A stretch of DNA of 64,000 nucleotides from Dipteris shenzhenensis (taxonomy: Eukaryota). Shown here one piece after another: positions 63,746-64,000 of this stretch (its first letter is position 1; each line of letters opens with the position of its first letter). The stretch is taken from NCBI GenBank assembly GCA_047967505.1, contig CM106538.1, one strand, 5' to 3'. A model generated the notes under the pieces. It did not search any database. It saw only the letters and a program-made list of their open reading frames with translations, and had not been told where the DNA came from. Both the position numbers and the translations under genes were made by a program.

Positions 63746-64000
63746 CAACTCTTCTGATGCTTCTAGTGGAGACTGTGGCAACTCTTCTGATGCTTCCAAT
63801 GGAGGCTGTGGTGCTCTAGATGTACACTCAGTCTCTACTTCTTCTGTAGTATGTAGTGCTTTCGGAGTAGACTCAGTATCCTCTTCCTTAAATGCAAGGC
63901 GGAGGCTGTGGCAACTCTTCTGATGCTTCCAGTGGAGGCTGTGGTGCTGTAGGTGTACACTGAGTCTATACTTCTTCTGTAGTGTGCAATGCTTTCACAT
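63746..64000. repeat. Nested tandem repeat (133-bp period with 33-bp subunits), encoding PQPPLEASEEL-like repeats on the minus strand
   Basis: CAACTCTTCTGATGC at 63746, 63779 and 63912; continues to the window edge. Confidence 0.75.

Overview
Eukaryotic (land-plant) genomic DNA, mostly nested, decaying transposable elements around one apparently intact host gene. The gene (43600-44614, minus, 6 exons, 187 aa) encodes a secreted SERK/BAK1-ectodomain-like LRR-only protein with no transmembrane or kinase domain. TE content: seven Ty1/Copia copies from four families (five with both LTRs and matching 5-bp TSDs, one nested antisense inside an LTR of its own family); a Ty3/Gypsy remnant split by a young Copia and a MITE; pieces of three CACTA elements with palindromic subterminal repeats and divergently oriented genes; LINE fragments; and a TRIM-like element. 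There is also a set of ~250-280 bp MITEs with unusual CTCGGGG termini and 8-bp TSDs, and a short spliced orphan ORF at 63057-63513. No rRNA, tRNA, CRISPR or prokaryotic features were seen. All calls come from reading and aligning the sequence by eye, without database searches.
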